Assembly (NCBI RefSeq): GCF_006345805.1
Contig: NC_043022.1
Location: 1,488,001-1,552,000 of the forward strand
Length of the DNA stretch: 64,000 nt
From: Octopus sinensis
Lineage: Eukaryota
Direction: 5' to 3'
This document shows positions 56,804-64,000 of this stretch, piece by piece; within the stretch, counting starts at the first letter, position 1, and every line of letters begins with the position of its first letter. The notes beneath the pieces are model-generated. The model did not search any database and had not been told where the DNA came from. It worked only from the letters and a program-made list of their open reading frames with translations. The position numbers were made by a program, and so were the translations under genes.

Positions 56804-58208
56804 TTGTGTGTGTGTATACGTTTGTGTGTCTGTGTTTGTCCCCTCCAACATCGCTTGACAACCGATGCTGGTGTGTTTACGTCCCCGTAACTTAGCGGTT
56901 CGGCAAAAGAGACCGATAGAATAAGTACTAGGCTTACAAAGAATAAGTCCTGGGGTCGATTTGCTTGACTAAAGGTGGTGCTCCAGCATGGCCACAGTCA
57001 AATGACTGAAACAAGTAAAAGAGAGTAAAAAGAGAAAAGAGAATGTAAATAATGTACGTAATTCCTCATCTCTTAAATATAGAACTGAAGTTACAAATCC
57101 TTTCCTTCATTTGCTGAATTTAGTGGATATTTTATTAGTCGAGTACTCAAGGCTCAAATTATAATAACAGTTACAACAATCATTACAGCACTACCCTTCA
57201 CCCTTACTCATGTACCACCTTATGATGAGGCCCAGCCAAGACCAGTGCTAGGATGTTTGGGACCCAATTAGTGGTTCCTTCTACTCTACAAAAGTTGAAG
57301 ATTGATGTTTTATGCTTTGTGTAGTACATCAGTCCCAGCCAAAAATGTGTTGAGGGCTTGAGGCTCTACCATGAGCCACAATGATGTACTAAAAATTCAT
57401 CATAGCATTCTTCACTTGAGTGTGTGCATGGGTCCTTCTCTTGGTGTGGAGCCCTTTCTTGGTGTGGGGCCCTTTCTTGATGTGGGGCCCTTTCTTGGTG
57501 TGGAGCCCTCTCTTGGTGTGGGGCCCTTTCTTGGTGTGGAGCCCTTTCTTGGTATGGAACCCTCTCTTGGTGCGGGGCCCTTTCTTGGTGTGGGACCCTC
57601 TCTTGGTGTGGGGCCCTTTCTTGGTGTGGAGCCCTCTCTTGGTGTGGGACCCTCTCTTGGTGTGGGGCCCTTTCTTCGTGCAAGGCACAATTTGAACAAA
57701 TCTGTCTAATTTGCATAAAACCAGCCCTGGACCCTGTCTGAACTCTGTCTTACATTTCTAACTTACAACAGAAATAAAAATGAAAAGATGGATGATGTTA
57801 CCTAATCAACATTTGTCGGAGACGAATGAAGTCGCAGTGGTTGGGGTTGTCAACTGGAAAGTAAAGGTGAACGAAAAAAAAATAAATAATACATATATCA
57901 TACATATATATATGTGTGTGTGTATGTGTGAGTGTGTGTGTGTGTGAGTGAATATAGACAAACATTTGTTTTATTAGAAGTGTTGAAATGTGTATTCTAT
58001 GATACAAAAAAGAAAATATTTTTTTGAAGGCATAATTGCCATTAAAACAGTTGTTTATCTTGATATTAAGATCACCATGTTGTGCACATAAGGCTGTAAT
58101 GCATGTGCCTGGTGTACCCTTATCAAACGAGTAGTCATGATGGATATATTGGGCTTCGTATATTTGTACCCTAGTGTCACTTTGATGGCATGCACTGCTC
58201 TCTCACTC

Positions 58209-58239
<31 letters not shown>

Positions 58240-61138
58240 TAATAATAATAATAAACTGATTGGAAGTGTTATCATGTACATTGTTTTGTCTTGGTATAAA
58301 AGATGGGCTACAGCAAATATTCTGCTCAAAACCACAGATTTGCTTGTCAGTTGTTTGACCTTAAACCAGTTGAGCATGTCCCTTAGTGGCTGATGATATG
58401 TGCATCTCTGATCACAAGCAGAAGTAGTGGGGGAGCATCATAGCCATGTGTTGAGAGGGATTCTTTGGGGTTTGAATAATTCACCTCTGGAAACATGAGT
58501 GGTTTTTTCAACATCCTTAAACAACCCTTATTCAGGGACCGTTTGAGTGGGATGGGCTACTCAACCTGAAGAAAATTCTAACTGGGCCCCACCTGCAAAG
58601 TCATGTGCTGTTTATCTTGATATGAGATCACCATGTTGCGCACATATGGTTGTGATGCATGTGCCTGGTGTACTCTTATCAGACGGGTAGTCATGATGGG
58701 TATATTGGGCTTCGTATATTTGTACCCCAGAGTCACTTTTATGGCATACACTGCTCTCTCACTCAATAATAATAATAATAATAATAATAATAATCAATAC
58801 AGGAGTTTAAGAATTGGTAAAAATTACTTCATTATAATTGAGGAGTTGTGAGGTGAGAAATTCATTTAAAAAAAATAAAATAAATGGAAGAAAAATGAAA
58901 ACCAAAAAAAAGGGTAAATAAAGAATGCTGTCAGTTCTTTACCTTCAACAATTCCCCATGGGTAGACTCTTCCACGAAGTCTCTTACCATTTACCTCAAC
59001 CACAGTATTGGCGCCAACAATGGCAAAAGGTACCGCTAACTGTAATAGAAGAAAGAATAAACAAATAGTACAGTTACAGAATCTACTGTTTTTGGAACCG
59101 TATTGTACCAAGGGATTTTTAGTTCCTGGGGTGGGGATAAAGGCTCCAGTGTTCAACTGGTCCTTATTTTATCAACCCTCAGAAAGTTAAAAGGCAAAGT
59201 TGACCTCAATGGGAGACTTGAGAAATGCTGTTAAACATTTTGCCTGACATGCTAATGATTATTTTCTATTCTAGGCACAAGGCCTGAAATTTTGGGGGAG
59301 TGGGAGAGTAGTCGATTAGATCAACCCTAGTACACAACTGGTACTTAATTTATTGACCTCAAAAGGATGAAAGGCAAAGTCGACCTCGGCAGAATTTGAA
59401 CTCAGAACGTAGTGGCAGATGAAATACCGCTAAGCATTTCACCCGGCGTGCTAACATTTTCTGCCAGCTCCCCACCTTCAAAGAATATTCTATTCTGCTC
59501 TAGGCACAAGGCCTGAAATTTTTGGGGAGGTGGGGACCAGTCAATTAGATCGACCCAAGTATGAATCTGGTACTTAATTTATTGATCCTGAAAGGATGAA
59601 AGGCAAAGTTGACCTCGGTGGAACTTGAACTCAGAACATAAAGACAGATGAAATACCGCTAAGCATTCCATCCGGCGTGCTAACGTTACTACCAGCTCAT
59701 TGCCTTGACATGCTAATGATTCTGCCAGCTTGCTGTCTTAACCAATTCCAATATTACTGCTAAGTGAAAGGCAGTGAGCTGGTAGAATGCTGGGCAAAAT
59801 GTTTCATGGCATTTTGCCTATCCTTAGGTTCTGAGTTCAAATTCTGCCGAGGTCTACTTTGCCTTTCATTCTTTCAGAAATCAGATATATCTGCTCCAAA
59901 TTACATTATCCTTCAACAGTGGAAAGCAGCTTTATATACCAATCTAGGTTTTGTTGAGAAATATTAAGTTTGAAACTATTTTCTGTTGAGATAATGTCAA
60001 GTTTACTGAAACAACGTGACTTGCAGAAAATGCCAAATATTTAACATCATTACTAGAATAATTGTGAAATTTAATTTCACAGTTAACCGATAAAGCACTG
60101 GAATTTGCACTTACATAGCATGGACTGCTGAGCACATTTTATGGAAATGAAACATCCGTGCATACATAAAAACCAAAAAGTAGTTAAAATATTTTCAAAG
60201 ACGTAGGAGTGGCTGTGTGGTAAGTAGCTTGTTTACCAACCACATGGTTCCGGGTTCAGTCCCACTGCATGGCACCTTGGGCAATTGTCTTCTACTATAG
60301 CCTGGGGCCAACCAAAGCCTTGCGAGTGGATTTGGTTGACAGAAACTGAAAGAAGCCTGTCGTATATATGTATATATATATATGTATGTGTGTGTATATG
60401 TCTGTGTGTCTGTGTTTGTCCCCCCCACCCCCAACATCACTTGACAACCGATGCTGGTATGTTTATGTCCCTGTAACTTAACGGTTCGGCAAAAGAGACC
60501 GATAGAATAAGTACTAGGCTTACAAAGAATAAGTCCTGGGGTCGATTTGCTCGACTTAAAGGCGGTGCTCCAGCATGGCCACAGTCAAATGACTGAAACA
60601 AGTAAAAGAGTATATAATGGTGAACAGTCATTAGTTGAACTATTAGTCCTCTTGCGTTCTGGGGGGTACTGGAGTGTTTGAGTGACATTAGACCCCAACA
60701 AATGTCCATAAATTAAATGCATCTATCTGGGCCAGGATTGTGGCCTGTTGACCCGTACCTGACGGCCACGATTGTGGCCCATCATACTTTATGTGCTAAA
60801 GGATTGAAATGGTGTTTGGAACATAACAGAAGACAAAAATATATTGGTGTATTAAGTTGGTATTTGCAACATAATATCACAACAGACCATTCATATATTA
60901 AGATGTTGTTGGGAACAAAACAAATGATAAATACATTTTGGTATTTCTGTTCTATATTTAAGAGATGAGGAATTATGTACATTATTTACATTCGACGGAT
61001 ATTTGTCCTCATCTTGTTTGTTGTTAACACAACATTTCGGCTGATATACCCTCCAGCCTTCAACAGGTGTCTTGGGGAAACTTCAAACCTGGGTTCTCAT
61101 TCCTAAGGTATTTTCGATGTTATTATTATTCAGAGTGG

Positions 61139-61200
<62 letters not shown>

Positions 61201-62506
61201 GCCCTGATGCAGTACCAGGCAGTGGCTCTCATGGCTTCTGATCTTAACTGATTGGAAGTGTTATCATGTACATTGTTTTGTCTTGGTATAAAAGATGGGC
61301 TACAGCAAATATTCTGCTCAATACCACAGATTTGCTTGTCAGTTGTTTGACCTTAACCAGTTGAGCATGTCCCTTAGTGGCTGACGATATGTGCATCTCT
61401 GATCACGAGCAGAAGTAGTGGGGGAGCATCATAGCCATGTGTTGAGAGGGATTCTTTGGGGTTTGAATAATTCACCTCTGGAAATATGAGTGGTTTTTTC
61501 AACATCCTTAAACAACCCTTATTCAGGGACCGTTTGAGTGGGATGGGCTACTCAACCTGAAGAAAATTCTAACTGGGCCCCACCTGCAAGGTCATGTGCT
61601 GTTTATCTTGATATGAGATCACCATGTCACGCACATATGGTTGTGATGCATGTGCCTGGTGTACCTTTATCAGACAGGTAGTCATGATGGGTATATTGGG
61701 CTTCGTATATTTTACCCCAGTGTCACTTTGATGGCATGAACTGCTCTCTCACTCAATAATAATAATAATAATAATATAATAATATTAATAATAATAATAA
61801 CAACAACAATAACATCGAAAAATACTTTAGGAATGAGAACCTGGGTTTGAAATTTCCCCAAGACACCTGATGAAGGCTGGAGGGTATATCAGTTGAAATG
61901 TTAACAACAAACAAGATGAGGACAAATATCTGTCAAATGTAAATAATGTACATTTTGGTATATTAACTCTTTTACTGTGGAAATCAAATATATCCACCCC
62001 AAATTCCATTACCCTTAAGTGTGGAAAGCAGTTTTATATGCTAACCTATCTTTTTTTGAGGAATGTCATGTCTGAAATTATTTTTTGTTGAGATAATGTC
62101 AAGTTCTATGAGACAATGTGACTCGCAGAAAATACCAATTCTATTATTTTTTTTGCAAGATATTCAGCATCATTACTGGAATAAGCATGAAATTAAATAT
62201 TCTGCAGTTAAAGGCTTAAACCTGGAGCTAACAAAACATTGCATAATGAGAACTAACGGAGCACAGCAAAATAGGTGCACTTAACATAGATTTGTAAATT
62301 TGTGTTAATTATATTCTTTCAGTAATGTTTAAAGTCACAGTGGCTCTAATATCCGAGAGGAGGGAGAAGAGCCTAATTACCGAAGAACAGGCATTGCTAC
62401 AGACTCTAAACATGGCCGGGTGGTTGTCAAGTACCCTTTGTGATCAGATGGTTTTTGGTTCAATCCCACTACAGAGTACCTTGGGTGCTTTCTACCTTTG
62501 CCCCAG

Positions 62507-62542
<36 letters not shown>

Positions 62543-62701
62543 TATAATATATGTATATATATAATATATGTATATATATAATGTATATATATGTATGTAT
62601 ATATATATGTATATATATATATGTATATATATATATGTATATATATATGTGTGTATATATGTATATATATGTGTGTGTGTATATACATATATATGTGTGT
62701 G

Positions 62702-62754
<53 letters not shown>

Positions 62755-62973
62755 GTATGTTTATATATATATGTATGTATATATATCTATCTATCTATAT
62801 ATATGTATATATATCTATCTATATATATATGTATCTATCTATATATATGTGTATATATATCTATATATATATATATGTATCTATATATATATATAGATAG
62901 ATATATATATGTATCTATATATATAGATAGATATATATATATATCTATATGTATATATCTATCTATATGTATA

Positions 62974-63058
<85 letters not shown>

Positions 63059-63420
63059 TTCATTGGATGAAGTATTGAAGGACAAACTCAGGATGTTGGA
63101 CCTTTCAGGGGAGATGACAAAGGACTAAGATGCCTGGCACTTGCCGTATTCAAGAAGACCCCGTACTCTGCAACAGAAGCACATTAAGGCCAATCCTGTC
63201 TGGTGGTGCAAAGCACTTGTGGTGGTGCAAAGCACTTGTGGTGGTGCCGCCTCATAAATGTGACCATGCAGTGACACAAAAATGCTGATGCAGTGCCGGA
63301 AACCCTAATGGGACTTACTTTCAGTTCTTGGTCTTGTTTTTTGAATTCTTCATCTTCATCGCTGTCACATTCTGGAAATTCATAGATCTGGATGTCATGT
63401 TGCTCAATTTCTTGCAGGAT
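2563..63420 (-). CDS. SEPT4: Septin, SEPT2 subgroup (Sep4 / SEPT1-4-5-like); 3' part of a multi-exon gene whose 5' exons lie beyond the right edge
   Basis: Exons 63319-63420, 58943-59039, 57802-57853, 55463-55564, 27622-27700 and 4799/4803-4891 (plus probably 2563-2575) splice with GT-AG sites and matching phases. They give [162 protein letters not shown]... This includes the septin unique element and coiled coil. The exact paralog name is inferred. Confidence 0.93.
4799..4891 (-). CDS. SEPT4: Septin coiled-coil exon ([30 protein letters not shown]; internal donor after 4803)
   Basis: Acceptor ctctttacag, phase 0. Matches the septin (L/I)xRMQxMLxKMQxQ coiled coil. The TGA at 4799-4801 overlaps the donor-like GC|gtgaga. 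Confidence 0.9.
   Translation of the reverse strand: MQRMQAMLTKMQAQLETKNNSNNNHIESSA
6003..6218. repeat. Long inverted repeat (about 70-bp arms)
   Basis: tatttgtggattaacaggg…ccacaattattcaagtgat / atcacttgaataattgtgg…ccctgttaatccacaaata. Confidence 0.85.
7827..8007. mobile_element. Fold-back element related to 30689-30870, with hammerhead core CTGATGA-ACAGGAATGT-GAAACTCTGAGTA
   Basis: Inverted arms, with the same stem II/III layout as the 30.7-kb element. Confidence 0.55.
9255..9390. mobile_element. Degenerate fold-back with a hammerhead motif at 9321-9361
   Basis: AGT-CTGATGA-AGGCT GAGC AGGTT-GAAAC GTTGAA GTC-ACT. A degenerate reverse-complement arm lies just upstream. Confidence 0.45.
9474..9786 (+). 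mobile_element. tRNA-derived SINE family C
   Basis: ggaggcgcaatggcctagtggttagggcagcggactc…ggtttcgattccc head. Copies at 8524-8826 and 17091-17397; related copies near 35950 and at 47580-47878 (-). Confidence 0.85.
9799..9989. repeat. Long inverted repeat (about 90-bp arms)
   Basis: aaaatttagaggactgactactaaaaaa…ttccacgaagaatg / cattcttcgtggaa…ttttttagtggtcagtcctctaaatttt. Confidence 0.85.
12429..12780 (-). mobile_element. (GAT)n-tailed SINE/LINE-tail repeat family
   Basis: The …aacccatgccagcatggaaa…ggacgttaaatgatgatgat 3' end recurs at 12060-12215, 14295-14392, 36665-36830, 38390-38560, 48400-48915 and 53440-53790. Confidence 0.65.
13267..13681 (+). mobile_element. SINE family A, preceded by a partial copy at 13077-13240
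   Basis: Same consensus as 15138-15538. Confidence 0.85.
15138..15538 (+). mobile_element. tRNA-derived SINE family A (full length)
   Basis: ggcgtaggagtggctctgtggtaagtagcttg…ggtttcagtccc head with A/B boxes, internal (TA/TG)n, and a …gtcaaatgactgaaa(c/g)aagtaaaaga tail. Confidence 0.85.
18418..18675. repeat. Near-perfect long inverted repeat (about 125-bp arms, short loop)
   Basis: atagttatcgccatactaatatggc…tatccatataacctt cgaac aaggttatatggata…gccatattagtatggcgataactat. Confidence 0.9.
18724..18955 (+). mobile_element. SINE family B (ggcgagctggcagaa…gagttcaaattccgccgaggtcgactttgcctttcatcctttcgggg…)
   Basis: Many copies: 22594-22826, 24601-24780 and 25072-25287 on +; 1938-2146, 2200-2406, 3950-4160, 55978-56207 and 59262-59705 on -. 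Confidence 0.85.
18993..19647 (+). mobile_element. Internally deleted mariner (Tc1/mariner) element: N-terminal transposase HTH remnant with about 215-bp inverted arms
   Basis: ORF 19157-19513 ([32 protein letters not shown]…[13 protein letters not shown]…) resembles a mariner DNA-binding N-terminus. 19450-19647 is the reverse complement of 18993-19210. The flanks are TA. Confidence 0.85.
20491..20898 (+). mobile_element. Non-autonomous Helitron
   Basis: A|TCTATATATAT… 5' end. Subterminal hairpin ccgggcaacgccggg about 10 nt before CTAG|T. No TSD. Confidence 0.7.
21746..22130 (+). mobile_element. SINE family A
   Basis: Same consensus as 15138-15538. Confidence 0.85.
22400..22980 (+). mobile_element. 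3' end of an RTE-clade LINE, interrupted by a SINE (22594-22826, TSD ggtattgaa)
   Basis: Plus-strand remnants [15 protein letters not shown]… and FPCSCC…ISH*RARS*RGQ resemble an RTE ORF2 C-terminus with a C2H2-like finger. ggtattgaa is duplicated on both sides of the SINE. Confidence 0.55.
23690..24010 (-). mobile_element. Degenerate RLE-type LINE fragment
   Basis: YEHRPEAV…RRPDMII…DFVIPYE resembles the RLE PD..D region. Confidence 0.5.
24062..24565. mobile_element. Copy of the (AAT)n-flanked 550-bp repeat, opposite orientation
   Basis: Reverse complement of 61270-61755, with (TTA)n flanks. Confidence 0.85.
25300..25661 (-). mobile_element. Second R4/Dong-like RLE 3' fragment
   Basis: Minus strand reads …VIDIACPD…[24 protein letters not shown]…[12 protein letters not shown]. 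The 3' end is followed by (AAT)n. Confidence 0.75.
25714..26049 (+). mobile_element. tRNA-derived SINE family D
   Basis: gaaggcacatggctcagtggttagagc…gagttcgaatccc head. Copy at 35101-35440, 3' remnant at about 335-430, and a related copy at 37440-37750 (-). Confidence 0.8.
26193..26805. repeat. Degenerate tandem repeat of about 25-31 bp (agatggtatgacacagccacaaccactggtt-like)
   Basis: The (a)gatggtatg core recurs every 23-31 nt. Confidence 0.75.
27040..27348. repeat. Higher-order (GT/AT) minisatellite with gtaggtgtt marker units
   Basis: gtgtaggtgtttgtgtgtgtatatgtgt… recurs every 24-44 nt. Confidence 0.8.
27622..27700 (-). CDS. SEPT4: Septin exon ([26 protein letters not shown]), start of the C-terminal coiled coil
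   Basis: 79 nt, phase 2/0. Acceptor ttcccaaccaccag, donor GAG|gtatgc. Resembles the SEPT1/4/5 KL...DTEKL..KxxE segment. Confidence 0.92.
29311..29706. mobile_element. Fold-back element (about 190-bp arms) with a hammerhead motif in each arm; Penelope-like element relic
   Basis: The arms are reverse complements. The + arm (29558-29660) reads AACC-CTGATGA-…-GAAAC AATT GTT-GGTT. The - arm (29356-29449) has CTGAGGA and the same stems I and III. Confidence 0.65.
30737..30772 (-). ncRNA. Minimal type-I hammerhead ribozyme motif (Penelope-type), left arm of fold-back 30689-30870
   Basis: Minus strand reads TGT-CTGACGA-ACG GGAA CGT-GAAA-CTC A GAG-TA-ACA. It has an intact core, a 3-bp stem II with a GNRA loop, a palindromic stem III, a GUA site and stem I TGT/ACA. 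Confidence 0.7.
30796..30833 (+). ncRNA. Hammerhead motif, right arm copy (core CCGACGA, U4C variant)
   Basis: CTGT-CCGACGA-ACGGGAACGT-GAAACTCAGAGTA-ACAG. Confidence 0.55.
30909..31053. repeat. Essentially perfect inverted duplication of a SINE fragment
   Basis: gtaaacaagccaacaccagttgtcatgcgacagtggggggacaagcacaaacatacac is mirrored exactly across a (TA)n centre. Confidence 0.85.
31525..32585. repeat. Compound (TA)n/(TACA)n microsatellite tract of about 1 kb
   Basis: Almost pure TA/CA dinucleotides. Similar tracts lie at 16430-17090, 27930-29155 and 62508-63058. Confidence 0.95.
38890..39232 (-). mobile_element. SINE family A (degenerate)
   Basis: Reverse complement of the family A consensus. 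Confidence 0.75.
39506..39790. mobile_element. Fold-back element with a hammerhead-like motif; Penelope-like relic
   Basis: Inverted arms of about 135 bp. The + arm (39669-39752) reads GCAA-CTGAAGA-…-GAAAT GATC ATA-TTGC. A related single arm at 37305-37392 has GAAAC GATC GTA. Confidence 0.6.
45747..46285 (-). mobile_element. 3' fragment of an RLE-type non-LTR retrotransposon (R4/Dong-like), degenerate
   Basis: Minus strand encodes [11 protein letters not shown]…KIL*DFMIQC…[10 protein letters not shown]…IIDIACPAD…[12 protein letters not shown]…[10 protein letters not shown]…, a restriction-like endonuclease domain. The 3' end abuts (AAT)n. Confidence 0.8.
46487..46528 (-). CDS. Candidate septin cassette exon ([16 protein letters not shown])
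   Basis: 42 nt, phase 2/2, open. Acceptor ctcttgtttatccgttccag, donor GCAG|gtacct. It is a CpG-containing unique stretch in AT-rich surroundings. Confidence 0.62.
49921..50806. mobile_element. hAT-like MITE (cagtgattctcaac…gttgagaacc) containing a tandemly duplicated piggyBac-like MITE
   Basis: Inner unit ttaacccttttgttacc…ggtaacaaaagggttaa (TTAA-CCC ends) occurs twice with its flank (about 50010-50320 and 50321-50632). Confidence 0.55.
51351..51414 (+). ncRNA. Minimal type-I hammerhead ribozyme motif
   Basis: CAC-CTGATGA-ATG…CAT-GAAAC GATC GTA-GTG. Stem I CAC/GTG, stem II ATG/CAT, palindromic stem III ACGATCGT. Confidence 0.68.
52288..52506. repeat. About 40-bp tandem repeat (ccttaatcaagggactagggattataaagtataggatatt)
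   Basis: 5-6 direct units. Confidence 0.85.
52973..53032 (-). CDS. Candidate septin cassette exon ([22 protein letters not shown])
   Basis: 60 nt, phase 2/2, no stop in the septin frame. Strong acceptor ctgtccttttctcttcacag and donor AATAG|gtgagg. The sequence is not repetitive. Confidence 0.6.
55214..55403. repeat. (AAT)n-derived 27-bp higher-order repeat next to a septin exon
   Basis: aataataataaaaataataataatagt units. Confidence 0.8.
55463..55564 (-). CDS. SEPT4: Septin exon ([33 protein letters not shown])
   Basis: 102 nt, phase 2/2. Acceptor ccctctcaccag, donor CAA|gtgagt. Carries the [10 protein letters not shown]...HYENYR motif. Confidence 0.96.
55978..56207 (-). mobile_element. SINE family B with target-site duplication (ttatatacc), inserted in an about 83-bp tandem duplication
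   Basis: ttatatacc on both sides. Flanks 55884-55976 and 56208-56298 are repeat units. Confidence 0.8.
56598..57041 (+). mobile_element. SINE family A, inserted in a Penelope-like hairpin relic
   Basis: Same consensus as 15138-15538. aatgtaaataatgta occurs on both sides. Confidence 0.85.
57425..57676. repeat. 18-bp minisatellite (ggccctttcttggtgtgg)n, about 14 units
   Basis: Direct tandem units. It produces the spurious HQERAP repeat ORFs. Confidence 0.92.
57802..57853 (-). CDS. SEPT4: Septin exon ([17 protein letters not shown])
   Basis: 52 nt, phase 1/2. Acceptor tactttccag, donor TAG|gtaaca. HCDFxxLR is part of the septin unique element. Confidence 0.95.
58255..58765. mobile_element. 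Copy of the (AAT)n-flanked 550-bp repeat
   Basis: Highly similar to 61247-61755. Confidence 0.85.
58943..59039 (-). CDS. SEPT4: Septin exon ([32 protein letters not shown])
   Basis: 97 nt, phase 0/1. Acceptor ttctattacag, donor AAG|gtaaag. Carries the septin motifs PFA(I/V)VG and RGRxYPWG. Confidence 0.96.
60199..60610 (+). mobile_element. SINE family A
   Basis: Same consensus as 15138-15538. Confidence 0.85.
60975..61953. mobile_element. Penelope-like inverted termini (60975-61130 / 61808-61953) with a hammerhead-like core, enclosing an (AAT)n-flanked repeat
   Basis: The arms are reverse complements. The right arm has CTGATGA-AGGCTG…CAGTT-GAAAT; the left arm gives GGCTG/CAGCC for stem II. 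A collapsed copy at about 56510-56595 / 57042-57085 is split by a SINE. Confidence 0.55.
61201..61755. mobile_element. About 550-bp non-coding interspersed repeat flanked by (AAT)n on both sides
   Basis: Near-identical copies at 58255-58765 and 24062-24565 (inverted), with partial copies at 54570-54875, 58055-58210 and 51065-51133. Confidence 0.85.
63319..63420 (-). CDS. SEPT4: Septin exon (GTPase domain, [34 protein letters not shown])
   Basis: 102 nt, phase 0/0. Acceptor tttcctgtttgtag, donor AAA|gtaagt. The [12 protein letters not shown] motif is typical of SEPT2-subgroup septins. Confidence 0.95.
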
Positions 63421-63511
63421 CTACAAACAGGAAACAAAAGAAATATACTGATTATATATATACATATACTAATTATGTATACATACATACATAAACATCT
63501 ATATACATCTA

Positions 63512-63552
<41 letters not shown>

Positions 63553-64000
63553 ATGTATGTATGATGGTATGTATGTATGTATGTATTTATGTATGTATGT
63601 ATGTATGTATGTATGTATGTATGTATGTATGTATGTATGTATGAAGCAGTGTTTTATATACAGACACTATAGAACAGAGAAGTCAGCCCACAACACCATT
63701 TCTCTGAAAATTTCTTGAAGAAGGGATCCTAACCTCAAAATATTGAAATTTCTTATAATTTCCTTTATTTTGGCTTTAAAAGAAAAAAATCAAAATCACA
63801 CACACACACATATACACATAATTAGGATAAAGTCATCAGTTAATAATTTATCAGTGGCCAGCATACCAACAAGACCATATTGGTTAATTTGTATTTAAGT
63901 ATAATTATAAAAATATAATTATAATAAACGGTGTCTATTTCTAGCATAAAGGCATCGTCACTTCATTATAATTGTATTTTTATGATTATACTTATATATA

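Noticed and set aside
57366-57716. HQERAP / REGPTP repeat ORFs
   Set aside because: An 18-bp minisatellite open in several frames on both strands, inside an intron.

Overview
AT-rich eukaryotic DNA dense in microsatellites and SINEs. The repeat landscape suggests an octopus (coleoid cephalopod) genome; this is inferred, not proven. The window holds the 3' half of one minus-strand septin gene of the SEPT2 subgroup (Sep4/SEPT1-4-5-like). Six small, phase-consistent exons run from 63420 down to 4799, and a likely extra terminal exon starts at 2575. Two very long introns (about 28 kb and 23 kb) flank the exon that starts the C-terminal coiled coil. The first contains two clean frame-preserving cassette-exon candidates (60 nt and 42 nt) and a GCAUG (RBFOX-type) cluster at a possible microexon or stop exon. 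The stop codon overlaps a splice donor, which gives up to three possible C-termini. The introns carry tRNA-derived SINEs, R4/Dong-like and RTE LINE remnants, a mariner derivative, a Helitron and MITEs. They also carry many fold-back elements, several with minimal type-I hammerhead ribozyme motifs of the kind known from Penelope-like elements. Almost all ORFs in the supplied track are microsatellite or SINE artefacts.
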